Of a stretch of 64,000 bases of DNA, positions 38,546-49,807 are shown one piece after another. Origin of the DNA: Ostrea edulis (Eukaryota); the NCBI RefSeq assembly GCF_947568905.1, contig NC_079166.1, positions 65,162,001 to 65,226,000 of the forward strand, written 5' to 3'. The first letter of the stretch is position 1. Each line of letters opens with the position of its first letter. The notes beneath the pieces are model-generated. The model saw nothing but the letters and a program-made list of their open reading frames with translations, searched no databases and was not told the DNA's origin. The position numbers and the translations under genes were made by a program.

Positions 38546-38915
38546 TCTTACAAAATGACAAGCAAATACATTTGCTGACTAGCCCAGGTAGCATATGCGG
38601 AAGCCAGGAGTTTATTATACCGACACGAAATGTATGAAAATGTAACAAAAACAATATATGATACACTGTATGAACACTCTACATGTATGAACACTAAAAT
38701 AACAATAGTTGTGACTGATAACATAAATGAATCGAGTATGCTTTCATTAACGACGTCACCGGCCAGGAAACACAAGAAGTAAAAATAAACTCTGGAAACC
38801 TGTGTCCCATACCATGTCGAAATCGCAAATGCGCGCCATCTCCAGGATAATGCAGGGACTTCGTAATTAAAATCTTAAATATGAACATTAAGTGACAAAT
38901 ATATGAAAATAAATG

Positions 38916-39102
38916 ATGAAAGGCGAAGATAACGAACAGTGATCAATCTCATAACTCCTATTAGCAATACAAAATAGAGTGTTGGGCAAATTTGGACCCC
39001 TGGACTCACCAGAGGTGGGATCAGATGCATGGGAGAAGTAAGCATCCCCTGTCCACCGGTCACACCCGCCGTGAGCTCTATATCTTGATCAGGTAAACGG
39101 AG
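38916..39102 (-). mobile_element. Penelope-like element 3' UTR fragment
   Basis: Reverse complement of the 17940-18139 segment (gaaggcgaagataacgaacagtgatcaatctc…tgatcaggtaaacggag). Confidence 0.75.
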
Positions 39103-40118
39103 TAGAATTTTAGATGTACATGTAATCCGTAAAAAAATCATACATCTGGAAAGAAAAGCACAATGAAATCATGTGATGATATAGATATAATATTCAGGCA
39201 CGATGCATCCTTTTTCAAAAAGAAGTAAGGGGGAGGGGGCAGCCGGTGGAGGTGACTTCACAATTGTCTGAAAAAGACACCCCCCCCCCAATACCAAAGC
39301 TATAAATCCTGGCCTGGGGTAAGGGGACAAGTGTTGATCATTCATTTCTTCTGTTAATTTTACATTTTCTATTTCGATGCACTACAGTCTACTATGTAAA
39401 AAGGTAGAGAACCAACCTATTCGTACAGATGGAACTTTTCACGTAATTATCTACCCGTGCGATACTCGCACTATATACCTCTAGATCTGTCAACAGCCTT
39501 ATACAGAAATCTTGTAAAGGTTTCTAATATCCAACAATTGTGTTTTGGACTAAATATTTAGTCCTATTATGAAATGTTTTTGGTGTAGTTAAATTTATGC
39601 TTACTGTAAATTGTTTCAAATCGGTTTTCGGATCCTAAAGGAACTACTTCGTAATATGCGTATGAATGTAGGACATCCACGTGCTGGAAATTTAATGTAA
39701 ACATGGAATCAAAAGTAAGGAAGGCTGTAAAGATACGATAAATTTTGTAAAATAAGATACAAACAGGTACATGGTAAAAATGTACTTAATAAAGTACCAG
39801 TAGGCTTTGAAAAGAGTCTGATGTATCACTTGTTGCCAGAACCTTTAAAGGGAAAGGAAACGAGAATGACTGTTTATATCATGTCGTTATATTGTCACGT
39901 GATTCCAAGCGTTGACGGAGATGTAAGTGAAGTTTGCGTAACGTGCCCTCTGGTGAGAGAATGTGGCTACCGGTAGTCCCCACCTCGACCCTAATTGCCA
40001 CATAACTGCAATACAGATCAGTTGATATACATACATTTATTTTCAAAAGACGAAATCACATGTGAAATAATATCCACCCAGATTTCAATAGAAAGAATAC
40101 ATTAGATATACTGTACAT

Positions 40119-40905
40119 TAGGGGTGCAATGATTCACCACGATGCATCAGAAACCGCGATTCTGTCAGCCAAATCGATTGAGCGAATTCGTTTCGGTCCA
40201 ATAAAAGGTGAAGATAACGAACAGTGATCAATCTCATAACTCCTATAAGCAATACAAAATAGATAGTTGGGTAAACACGGACCCCTGGACACACCAGAAG
40301 TGGGATAAGGTGCATAGGAGGAGTAAGCATATAATACAAAAGAATAGAATGTGTATAAGTTATCTATCCACTTTTCACTTTACAATGGCGCCTTTGATTG
40401 GCTAGAAAACGTCCAATCAATACTTGGGGCACTAATACAAACACAATGGAGGAGCATGATGACACTCTAGTGCTCAAAGATCCTCCCAAGATTAAAAAAA
40501 ATGTGAGTTTTGTTTTGATTATTCCAAATGATTTGCTGCAATTTTGAAATGAGTGCCATTGAGTGGTTAAACAACTTCTTGAGTCAAACTAGCATATGTT
40601 TTTAAGTTTTTTTTTAAAAACTATTTGTGATAGTATATATCTAATTTCTACAAGTTTCTCTAAATCTAAGTTACACTGTACTTAAAAAGTTAAAGGAATT
40701 TATGTCAATTTAATTTAGTCGAGGATGTTTAAAATTTGTCCTTTTTTGAAAAAAAAATTCCATTTATTTATTGAAAATCAATAACATGATATGTAGTGAT
40801 TGAAAGTAAATTATGAATAACCAAGTTACTATTAAAATAATCGAATCGAATGATTAAAATCGAAATCGAGTCGAATTGAAAAGTTGGTGAATCATTTCAG
40901 CTGAA
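40119..40905. mobile_element. hAT-like MITE (TAGGGGTGCAATGATTCACC… left end) containing a nested Penelope-like 3' fragment at 40203-40330
   Basis: Left end taggggtgcaatgattcacc; degenerate right end …aatcgaatcg…ggtgaatcatt; the internal PLE 3' UTR is on the minus strand. Confidence 0.45.
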
Positions 40906-41544
40906 CATTATGTGTAGTTAATAGGATTCATTCATTGAATTGATGATATGCTAAAGACATCTTTATCGTTTATCCTGATCTAAACAAGATGAGGACTAAT
41001 ATCTACAGACTTTGTTACATAATGACCCAACATTGCCTGCGAAAAAATCATACAATGGTCACTTAAATGTAAATCACTGTACAGTCATTAATTACGCTTA
41101 ATTCTTAGAGAAATTCTGGAACTTAATTACAATAAGATGTACATATAGTAAATTTTCCATCTATTCCTTATATTGACGCAATGTATATTCAGGACCGTAA
41201 CGTGTTGTGCACCACTCGTATTTAGGGTGAAATATCTCGTGTTACAATGTGAAAAATGAATATAGACGATGTTAAGAGCCGTGTTCTTTTCGGAAAAAAT
41301 AGATCAATGAAACAAATGAATTTACAACATTTGAAATTGAACTGATTCTATAGTATTTGTATCATAAATTACATAGGCAAAATACATGTCTAGTACAAGA
41401 ATTATTGAGAATATAATGAAATAAAGATGACAAAATTACGCAAATTCAAAGCGTTTTGATAAAAAAAAACAACTTCCTCTGCGAAATCGAATGTAGTCAA
41501 TTTCAACCCCTTTATTTAAATCTAAGTTAATATTATACATTTGT

Positions 41545-41763
41545 TGACTGCGTTTATGGTCAACATGTGTTATGTTGGACCTGAGGATCAAACTCTTGCC
41601 TGAGGCCGAAGGCAACAGTTTGGTTCGAGGGTCCAACATAACACTAGTTGACCGAAAACTCAGTCTAGAAATGCTTTGTTATACCTTCTCTAATAATATA
41701 TAATCAAATAATAAAACGTTTGCTGTTATATATGTATGTATGGTATGTATGTATGTATGTATG

Positions 41764-41827
<64 letters not shown>

Positions 41828-42105
41828 GTATTATGTATTATTCAATCAGTAACAATTCATTGTTCAAACGAACCTGTCCATTGCAAAATCTTGTTGCATT
41901 ACTCTGTCGAGGTGTCCGCCTAAATTGATCGTATTGTCGCAAATGAGGCGTGACGTCGTAGGTCAAAAGTTGACTCGATGTTGACTGAGCAGTCCAACAT
42001 AAAAACAATAAGGGACGGTCAACATTTACTGTGAGAACATTTGAATTATTGGACTTGCTATTATATTGATTTATATAGAAAGTGTTTAATAAAGGTATAA
42101 CAAAA
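41545..42105. mobile_element. Non-autonomous element with a ~120-bp palindromic end centred on GAGGCCGAAGGC (Crypton-like, tentative); contains (TATG)n(TA)n
   Basis: gactgcgtttatggtcaacatgtgttatgttggacc is inverted as ggtccaacataacactagttgaccgaaaactcagtc; TTGTTATACCTT (~41676) is inverted as AAGGTATAACAA (~42092). Confidence 0.45.
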
Positions 42106-42127
42106 ATGATTCAACTGGCCACGTGTA

Positions 42128-42336
42128 GAATTGTTGGATATTGTTTAACATCCCGCTCTAGATTTTTTCACTCATGGAAACGTCACCATCGCCGGCATAT
42201 CTTTATCGTGCCGCACCTGCTGTGACATGGGGTTTGGTTTTTTTTCCCGGTCCCATCCGAGGGACCATCCTAATTAGTTGCCTTTTACGACAAGCAAGGG
42301 GTACTGAGGACCTATTCTAACCCGGGTCCCCACGGG
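42128..42336 (-). mobile_element. CCCGTGGG-family SINE-like element with an internal deletion
   Basis: Ends …cccgggtccccacggg on the plus strand (the family 5' end); tail gatattgtttaacatcc. Confidence 0.75.
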
Positions 42337-43214
42337 CTTCATGTGCAGAATCAAGAAAAAAAAAAACACTTCATAACATATTTTGCCAGTACCATACATG
42401 TATGTACTGAATTAAAACCTACATACATGTAGCTACATATAATTTATGCCATCTTATGCACGTGAGCTGGCTCCCTTGAAATGTTGATATCTACATATTG
42501 TCGTTAATGTGAAATAACTTTCCACTCTATTACGATTTTACGTCTTTTGGTTGATTTTCAAAGTAAACTGTCAATGAGATAGGAACTATTCTATGAGAAA
42601 TACAATGTTTTCTCTTTCTAATATGTACATGTAAATACTAATTAAAAGAATAGATGAATGCTTGCTTTGAAAAGGATCTTATAAATTCTATATATTTACA
42701 ATGTAACATAATAAACTTAAGTCATATTCATCACTTAAAGACTCAATGTTATAAACTTATAGAATTTATAACAAGTTTAAACACGATATTCTATGATATA
42801 GAAGCTGAACAAGAGTTTATCCAGTCTGTTCTCATACTATGTTTGTGCATATACACGTGGAAGCATAAGCATTGTATGTCACACCCTATGAGACTCTAAT
42901 TTGGAAATAAAGAATTCTCTTCTATTCTCTAGGATTGATCAAGGGATTCTCTTGCTCTATGTTCTTGTATGATTCATGATAGCGAAGTCGTGTATCTGTT
43001 TGAAAGAAATAAGGGAAATTTCGAAATAGGATTGACGTTTCCAAAGTCAGAGATAAGACCCTGAGAGCTCTACAGATCAGAAGGAATTCACCGACTGGCA
43101 GTGCAGGTCAGTTATAGATATTCAAAAGATAAGTTTTCAAGTTTTTGTCTTTCAATTGCAGAAATTCAGTGTTGTACAGTATTACAGTAATGTTGTATTT
43201 TTGTAGATTTTACC

Positions 43215-45221
43215 ATGTTGACTTCGTTGTTGGTATGTATGATGTATGTGTGGTTCTCACACACGAATGTGAAGTCCATTTTATAATAACACTAAACGCT
43301 AATAAATGTTTATAAGAAATTGATTCAATGATAATAAGGATAATGATTATAACGAGGAGGATGAAAATCAAACCAGATCACTACACCTCTAATGGTATAT
43401 ATTCATTTCAAAATGAAGGATTATCTCCCTCACGCATAGCTCTTATCCTTAGACGAATTTGACTCCACTTTTTTGGCACACTGTTTTTTCCCTATAATAG
43501 CTCCAAAACTTCATTGTTATTTCGAATTTCAAACATTTCGGTTGAGCATCACTGAAGAGACATTATTTGTCGAAATGCGCATCTGGTGCATCAAAATTGG
43601 TACCGTTTAAGTTTTACATGAGAAACATTCTCCAATTTCGTAATTAACAATTGTAACATAACATGTATTCTCAAACATATAATATCCTCTTCCTGCGTTA
43701 ATGATTTTATTTGATAAAGGAGAGATTTTTGTTTGTTGAGATGTTGAAATATATGCATTGGTAAAAGGTGTACCATTTATCAATTGAATTAGAATGTTTC
43801 ATTTTCGTTAGGTGTGCTTTGCCCTGCTATATAAAGAAGTAGAACCTAGCATTGTTCCAGGAAAACGCGCATATTGTACTCCGCCAACTTCCTATGATGG
43901 CACGTGCAGTTGCGAAAATGACGTCGTGACTTGTACCGGGCAAACGAGGGTGCCAACATTCTCCGGCAGTATTCACTACAAGAAAGTTTCATTTGTCAAG
44001 GGTAACTTTAGAAACATTACCAGTTACGTTAACCCATTTGCAAATCTTCAAACAGATGAACTAGTTCTTCATGATATGGTAATACTGGGAATTCCGGATC
44101 ATGCATTTTTACCTGTGAAATCCATGTTAAAGAAACTGGACCTCTCTAAAAACTATCTCACCGCTTTGCCAAAAGCACTAAAAGACCTCGACGTTCTAGA
44201 GTCCCTTGACGTTTCTGATAATTCTATCGGAGACAAAAATTTTACAGAAGATGTTTTGAGAAAAATTGGAGCGACTCTGACATCATTAACCTTTGGCAGT
44301 TACGATATACTAAATTGGCCACTGACTTTAAAGCATCTTCAGATGTTACAAAATCTTAATCTGACCCGAGCAGCCTTCCAGTTTATGCCTCAGGACGCAT
44401 TTCACGGATTCGCCGGGACGTTACTGACCTTAAGTCTCAGTAAAACGGGGCTTAAATCATTGCCTTTAGCTGTTGCTCGGCTAAATTATTTACAATCCTT
44501 CAACTTTGATCAGAATACCGGTGTCGGAGACTACGGTATGAATGTCCCATTACTACAAGGTATAATGAATTACTTGACAAACGTTTCTCTGAAGCAGGAC
44601 AGTCTTAAAACATTCCCGGAGGCTCTGTCTGTGTTTCATAATTTGAAATCAGTTAGCATGGACTTGAATATGTTAGACTTCGTAAGTGACCACGCAGCGG
44701 GGTCTGTGAAACAGATTGAGAATCTAAGCATGCGCAATTCTAACATATCCCGTATCCCGCAAGCTTTGGCTGACATCACCTCTCTAAAGTCTTTGGACTT
44801 GACGGATAACCGTATACATAGTATTGATGTTCAGGATGTCCAAATTTTACACTCGGTGAAAGAAATCAAACTTAATAACAACCCCATCCTTTACATTTCA
44901 AATCATGCCTTTGACAACAATGGAAATCTGGAACGACTAGAGCTGAGAAACACGAGCTTGAAAGAGGTACCATGTGCTCTAAAATCTGCCATTGAAAATT
45001 TGACACGTGTAAAACACCACTTTCCGTTGACAGTGGACTTATCCAACAACGACATCAGATGCACCTGTGAGCTGAAGTGGCTTGCTGAAACACTCAGCTC
45101 ACATCAAAGCAACATCACGTGGGACATTATTGGAGATTGCGAGACCATCGTTATGAGTATCAATGATTACCTGAATTCAGACAATCTTCTGGGTTGCCCC
45201 TCATCAAATATTTGTAATTGA
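43215..45221 (+). CDS. Secreted LRR-only protein 4, ~475 aa; join(43215..43232, 43812..45221)
   Basis: ATG TTG ACT TCG TTG TTG|gtatgt and ttttcgttag|GTG give MLTSLLVCFALLYKEVEP…YC…CSC…C. ~14-15 LRRs and an RCTCELKWL cap follow; it ends CPSSNICN with no TM segment. Confidence 0.88.
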
Positions 45222-45547
45222 AATGAAATTTTATTAAAACCTGATTGCTCTCTGTCACGCTTATCTTTACAATCAGTTGTTTGTAATTTGTATAGAGGTT
45301 AAGGAGGCATTGACATGCGCAAAGTAGCGTTTGTTATAATGTTATAGATTTACTACATATATATCCACTACGAATGAATGTGGAAAGTTGAATGAATAGT
45401 AAACAAGAAAATGTATTGATGCAAGCATTAATTCGGCCGCATCTATTTGGTAACTATCATAACTATGTAAGGTGGAAAATTGAAGAAAAGGAACGGTGAC
45501 CAATGTCATGAATACCACGATGAATATGAAATTGAGAATATTACAAA

Positions 45548-45694
45548 CATGAATACCTGGAAATATGAGAAGTGTGATCAGGTACCCAGGAGTAAGCATG
45601 AATACCTGAAAATATGAGAGGTGGGATCAGGTACCCAGGAGTAAGCATGAATACCTGGAAATATGAGAGGTGGGATCAGGTACCCAGGAGTAAG
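45548..45694 (-). repeat. 49-bp tandem repeat (3 copies) made from Penelope-like 3' UTR sequence
   Basis: Unit catgaatacctggaaatatgagaggtgggatcaggtacccaggagtaag contains the reverse complement of gcttactcct…cacctgatcccacctct. Confidence 0.85.
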
Positions 45695-46399
45695 TATCCC
45701 CTGTTAACTATAACTAAGCAAACCATTTGATAACCTTCATGTTTTAATTTTGAAACTTATTTTTCCTGCATAAGTCCTTCACTATAATTCATTCTGGCAA
45801 GTTAATGGTATTGTACACACTTTAGATAATGTTCCATTGTGTTAACTCTTTAGATAATGTTCCATTGTGTTAAGTATATAGCTTTCAAAATACTCATATG
45901 TAAAATGTATTTAATTATAACTATATAGAAATGGCTATTTCAGTTTTTAAGTAAGGTATGAATGTAGAAAAAAAATGACCAAAATAAACCGTACAACAAA
46001 GAGAAAGTAATTTCTACAAACTCTGATTACATGAAATAAAACCATAAAGCTTTTCATGCGAAAATAAATAGTACGAGTTAACAGATCCCGGACATCGAAA
46101 ATTCTTATTGTTATTTATCAAAAAATCATGATTAGGTATATGTAAAAACTGTAATCCAAGTCAATAAAATAATCAAATGGTAATAATGGCTTTGGATGTA
46201 TATAATTAAGTTTATTATTTCATAATGTAGGCCTGCAGTAAATCACAGTCGTTTTTCTAAAACCATAACATATAATCGCCTGCCTCCTGGAGGGGGAGCG
46301 ACAAACGAGCGTTACGAAACTATGGAAACGACATAACTCCATTTCATTTTAACTCAAGAATAACCATTTCGTAAATACAAAGATAATCGTTTGCTTTAA

Positions 46400-47210
46400 A
46401 GGGAAAGACAACCCTAACCACATTGTTCCTTTTATGAATAAAGTATCACTTACTGATATCGTAAATGACAGTCTTTAACAACAAAAATCCTTGCTTAACA
46501 ATTAAATCAATATTAATCTATCATGTATTTTAAATTACCCACCGCTAAGAGAGCGGCCATTGGTGTTTAATTTATGACGCCACACCGTATGTTCCGGTTT
46601 ATTTCATCAGTAGCACTGTAAACATGACAAATCACGAACAGTTGAGTTTTGAGCCGTATAGATTTGAGCCCGTTCTTTCGTAAGAAGAAAATGAGAAAAG
46701 AAAACGCTCAGTCGACTTGCAGACCAGGCAGACGGTAAACGTTTCTTCATACAAATGTCTCGAACCTCAACTTGTCATTACGCAAATGATGGATCCACAG
46801 CGGTTTACGTAGTCTTTTTTTTTTTCAAATGACTTGGTTGGGTCGGGAAATTCGAAAGAAAACTTTTTTTCACATCTCCCTTTCGCATTAGTGTAATTAA
46901 CTGCTTGACAGGTCGGCACCAACATATTATTCGGAAGATCGACCACATGCACATCTTTGATGGTCTTAGAATCTCATCAAAACCGGAACAGACGGTGTGA
47001 CGTCAAAATTATTGATTTTTGTGGTCTTGAATACAAAAGCGCTCCACATCATGGCAGCCTCTATAGATCGCGGGAATTTCAATTTTTAACGTTTTCAAAT
47101 TAGTACTGAAGCTTATCTAGGCCGTATATCAACAGAATAGTATGACAAATCTTTATCATATTATTAATCCTATCATTTATCATGTAAAAATCTTTGGGTT
47201 GCCTTTCCCT
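46400..47210. mobile_element. Kolobok-type non-autonomous DNA transposon with a THAP remnant
   Basis: TTAA|AGGGAAAGACAACCC … GGGTTGCCTTTCCCT|TTAA (TTAA TSD, RR termini). The internal minus-strand PTCQAVNYTNAKGRCEKKFSFEFPDP resembles a THAP N-terminus; divergent plus-strand FEPYRFEP. Confidence 0.8.
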
Positions 47211-47871
47211 TTAATGCAGTATTTAATAATTTCATGTTTTGTATTTGTAATGATATGTCCATTTTATAGAGAAGAATTTATATTGCACACATACGTACTG
47301 AGAGTTCTAAATTTGGTGCACGTACGCACCCCTACGCACACACAGGAGAGCGAAAACAAGCCTTCTGTAGACCTTAACAAAGGGACCCGTATTCAGTAAC
47401 AAACCTAATAAATGTTTTGTTTTTCTAAAGAAATATTTAGACTTCAATCATGTGACAGTTTTATTCAATGACGGACCGTCATTCTAGTCCGACACAAAAC
47501 AAAATTATGTGTACACACAGGACACGTGATTTTGTTTGGGGGACATGCTATGCAAAAAAAAAAGTTGTAGGTATCCAATAAAGAAATCGAAGTCATTGTC
47601 GAAAACTAGAAGTTATAGGTCAAAACTCGATAATGGTTTTAAGTTTTTGATGTAAATGAGTCTCCTAGATACATGCAATAGAATAGGAGAAAAACAAAAG
47701 AATGCGATCAGCAATGACAAAAAATTGAATTTTAAAAACTAAAGGCGAAGATACCCATTTTGAATCATTCTTGACCAACCATCATACATGTAAAAGTTTA
47801 ACCCAGATATAATGGGTAAAATAATAAGATTAAGAAAAACGAAAACAAAACACGAAATGTGGGATTATTGC

Positions 47872-48195
47872 CATCTATTTCGCAAATTCCATGGTCGCTA
47901 TGGCGATCTAGTTTGTCAATACAAAATATCATTGGGTCAAATGCTGTTTGACGTGTTTCATACCGATTGTTACGCCGTTTTTGGAACACTGCTTTTGACT
48001 ACGGATAGCTGTTTACCTGATCAAGATATGGGTCTCATGGCGGGTGTGACTGGTCGACAGGGGATGCTTACTCCTCTTAGGCACCTGATTCCACCTCTGG
48101 TATATCAAAGGGTCCGTGTTTGCCCAACTCTCTATTTAGTATTGCTTATAGGAGTTATGAGATTGATCACTGTTCGTTATATTTGGCTTTTTTCT
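47872..48195 (+). mobile_element. Penelope-like element 3' end (FRKFHGRYGDLVCQYKISLGQMLFDVFHTDC plus 3' UTR)
   Basis: Homologous to 17820-18139 and 63680-63960. Confidence 0.75.
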
Positions 48196-49264
48196 ATCTT
48201 TACGACATGTTCAGCTCACTTTCTATAAATTACAAAATAAATAAATGTTTTTAAGAGTCTCGTAATTACATACATCGTTTGTGTTGATGGTAATCAAATA
48301 TTCGTTTATTTACATTTCTCAAATGTTTTATTTTGAACAAAGCTCCCTTTGAAATGTATAAAACTAAATCTCCCTACCATCTTCATTTATAGGGAATCCA
48401 TTTGCGCCTTTGGTTAGTGTATGCTAAATAATTATAAATAGAAATAATGTGCACCCTACGAATATTAGGTAAGTTCTCCTCTTGAAATGTTTTGTTGAAA
48501 GTAAGGTTATAAAGCTAGTTACAGACAAATACTAATATAACATGTTTTAAACACATGTTCTGTTTAATGACAAGATCATCTCATAACTCGTAGTAGAAAT
48601 CTCTGTTTGCCTTGGACGTTTAGAAGGGCGTGACTTTCTTGATGCATCATATGTGCCAAAAGGTGACCTAGGTTCTCATTCGTTAAGAGTTCAATCGCAT
48701 CAGCGATTTTGGATTGTTGCTGACAAAAGTCGAAATCCACTTTAGCCCCACCTCTTTATTGTAAGAAACGCTGTCATTGGTTTCTCGCATCAATCTCATG
48801 ACATTTGCGCTGTTGTCTATCACATGTATATTACTCCTGAATAAAAAGCATAAGTGTAAATTTCAGTTCAGAACATTCAACATTGTCAGTCTTATGTCGT
48901 CCTATGTAATTTGACCGACTTTCAAATCAAAATTCTAAACATGAAATGGCGATCAGATCACAAAATTCCTTTGCAGTTAATGCACTATTCAACTGTTCAA
49001 GTGATAAAAACAAATATTTGGTGGCGAGAAACTCGGGAATGGGGTAGTTATTTGTGATCTGAATTGAGTTTAAGTGTCTGATAAAAGTTTTCAACATGAA
49101 CCATTTTAAATTTCAGTCGTTTCGATGAGGTCCAATTTGACCCGACTTACAGGAAGCCGTTTATAATTTGCAAATCGTTGCTTATACGACGGTAGACGCT
49201 TTTGTAAACTCAACACAATTTTTTTTTACCTCGTAATATCTTTACTGTAAATTTAACGATACTA

Positions 49265-49578
49265 CACTGGTAAAATTGTAACATATGTTTAACATATGAT
49301 TAACATATGTTTTCAAACATATGTTAATCATATAAAAGGAGCACTTAAAGGTCAACGTATGTTTTCAAAAATATAATTAACATATGTTTAAAATATGAAT
49401 AACATATGGTTGTATTATCTTATGATAAACATATAATTTGTTCATATGATATTCACATGTTTTTCTTATTATTGTAACATGAAGTTTATATTAAACATAT
49501 GGTTAACATATATCAAACATATGTTTAACATATGAATATCCAAACATATGTTAAACATATGTTGCAATTTTACCTGTG
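49265..49578. mobile_element. Small CACTA/EnSpm-like MITE filled with palindromic AACATATGTT repeats
   Basis: CACTGGTAAAATTG … CAATTTTACCTGTG terminal inverted repeats; more than ten aacatatg motifs. Confidence 0.65.
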
Positions 49579-49807
49579 CAAAATGTTAACTGTGAAGTAC
49601 AATGTAATTCACATAATGTTGGTAGATACTTTAAACATCAACTATTTGACTTACAAGTTCCCTTCTTTGATAATTTACGTGTCTGAGATAAGGATGATAA
49701 TAAGATGTAAATATTATAGGGATATTGACAATAGAGAGAATATGATGATATAACACTGATATTGAAAGTAGAGAAAATATAGTGATTTTGTAGTGATATT
49801 GAAAGTA

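Noticed and set aside
21867-45221. VLR-style somatic assembly locus
   Set aside because: All four LRR genes are complete in the germline. I found no incomplete gene and no flanking partial LRR cassettes in the intergenic DNA.
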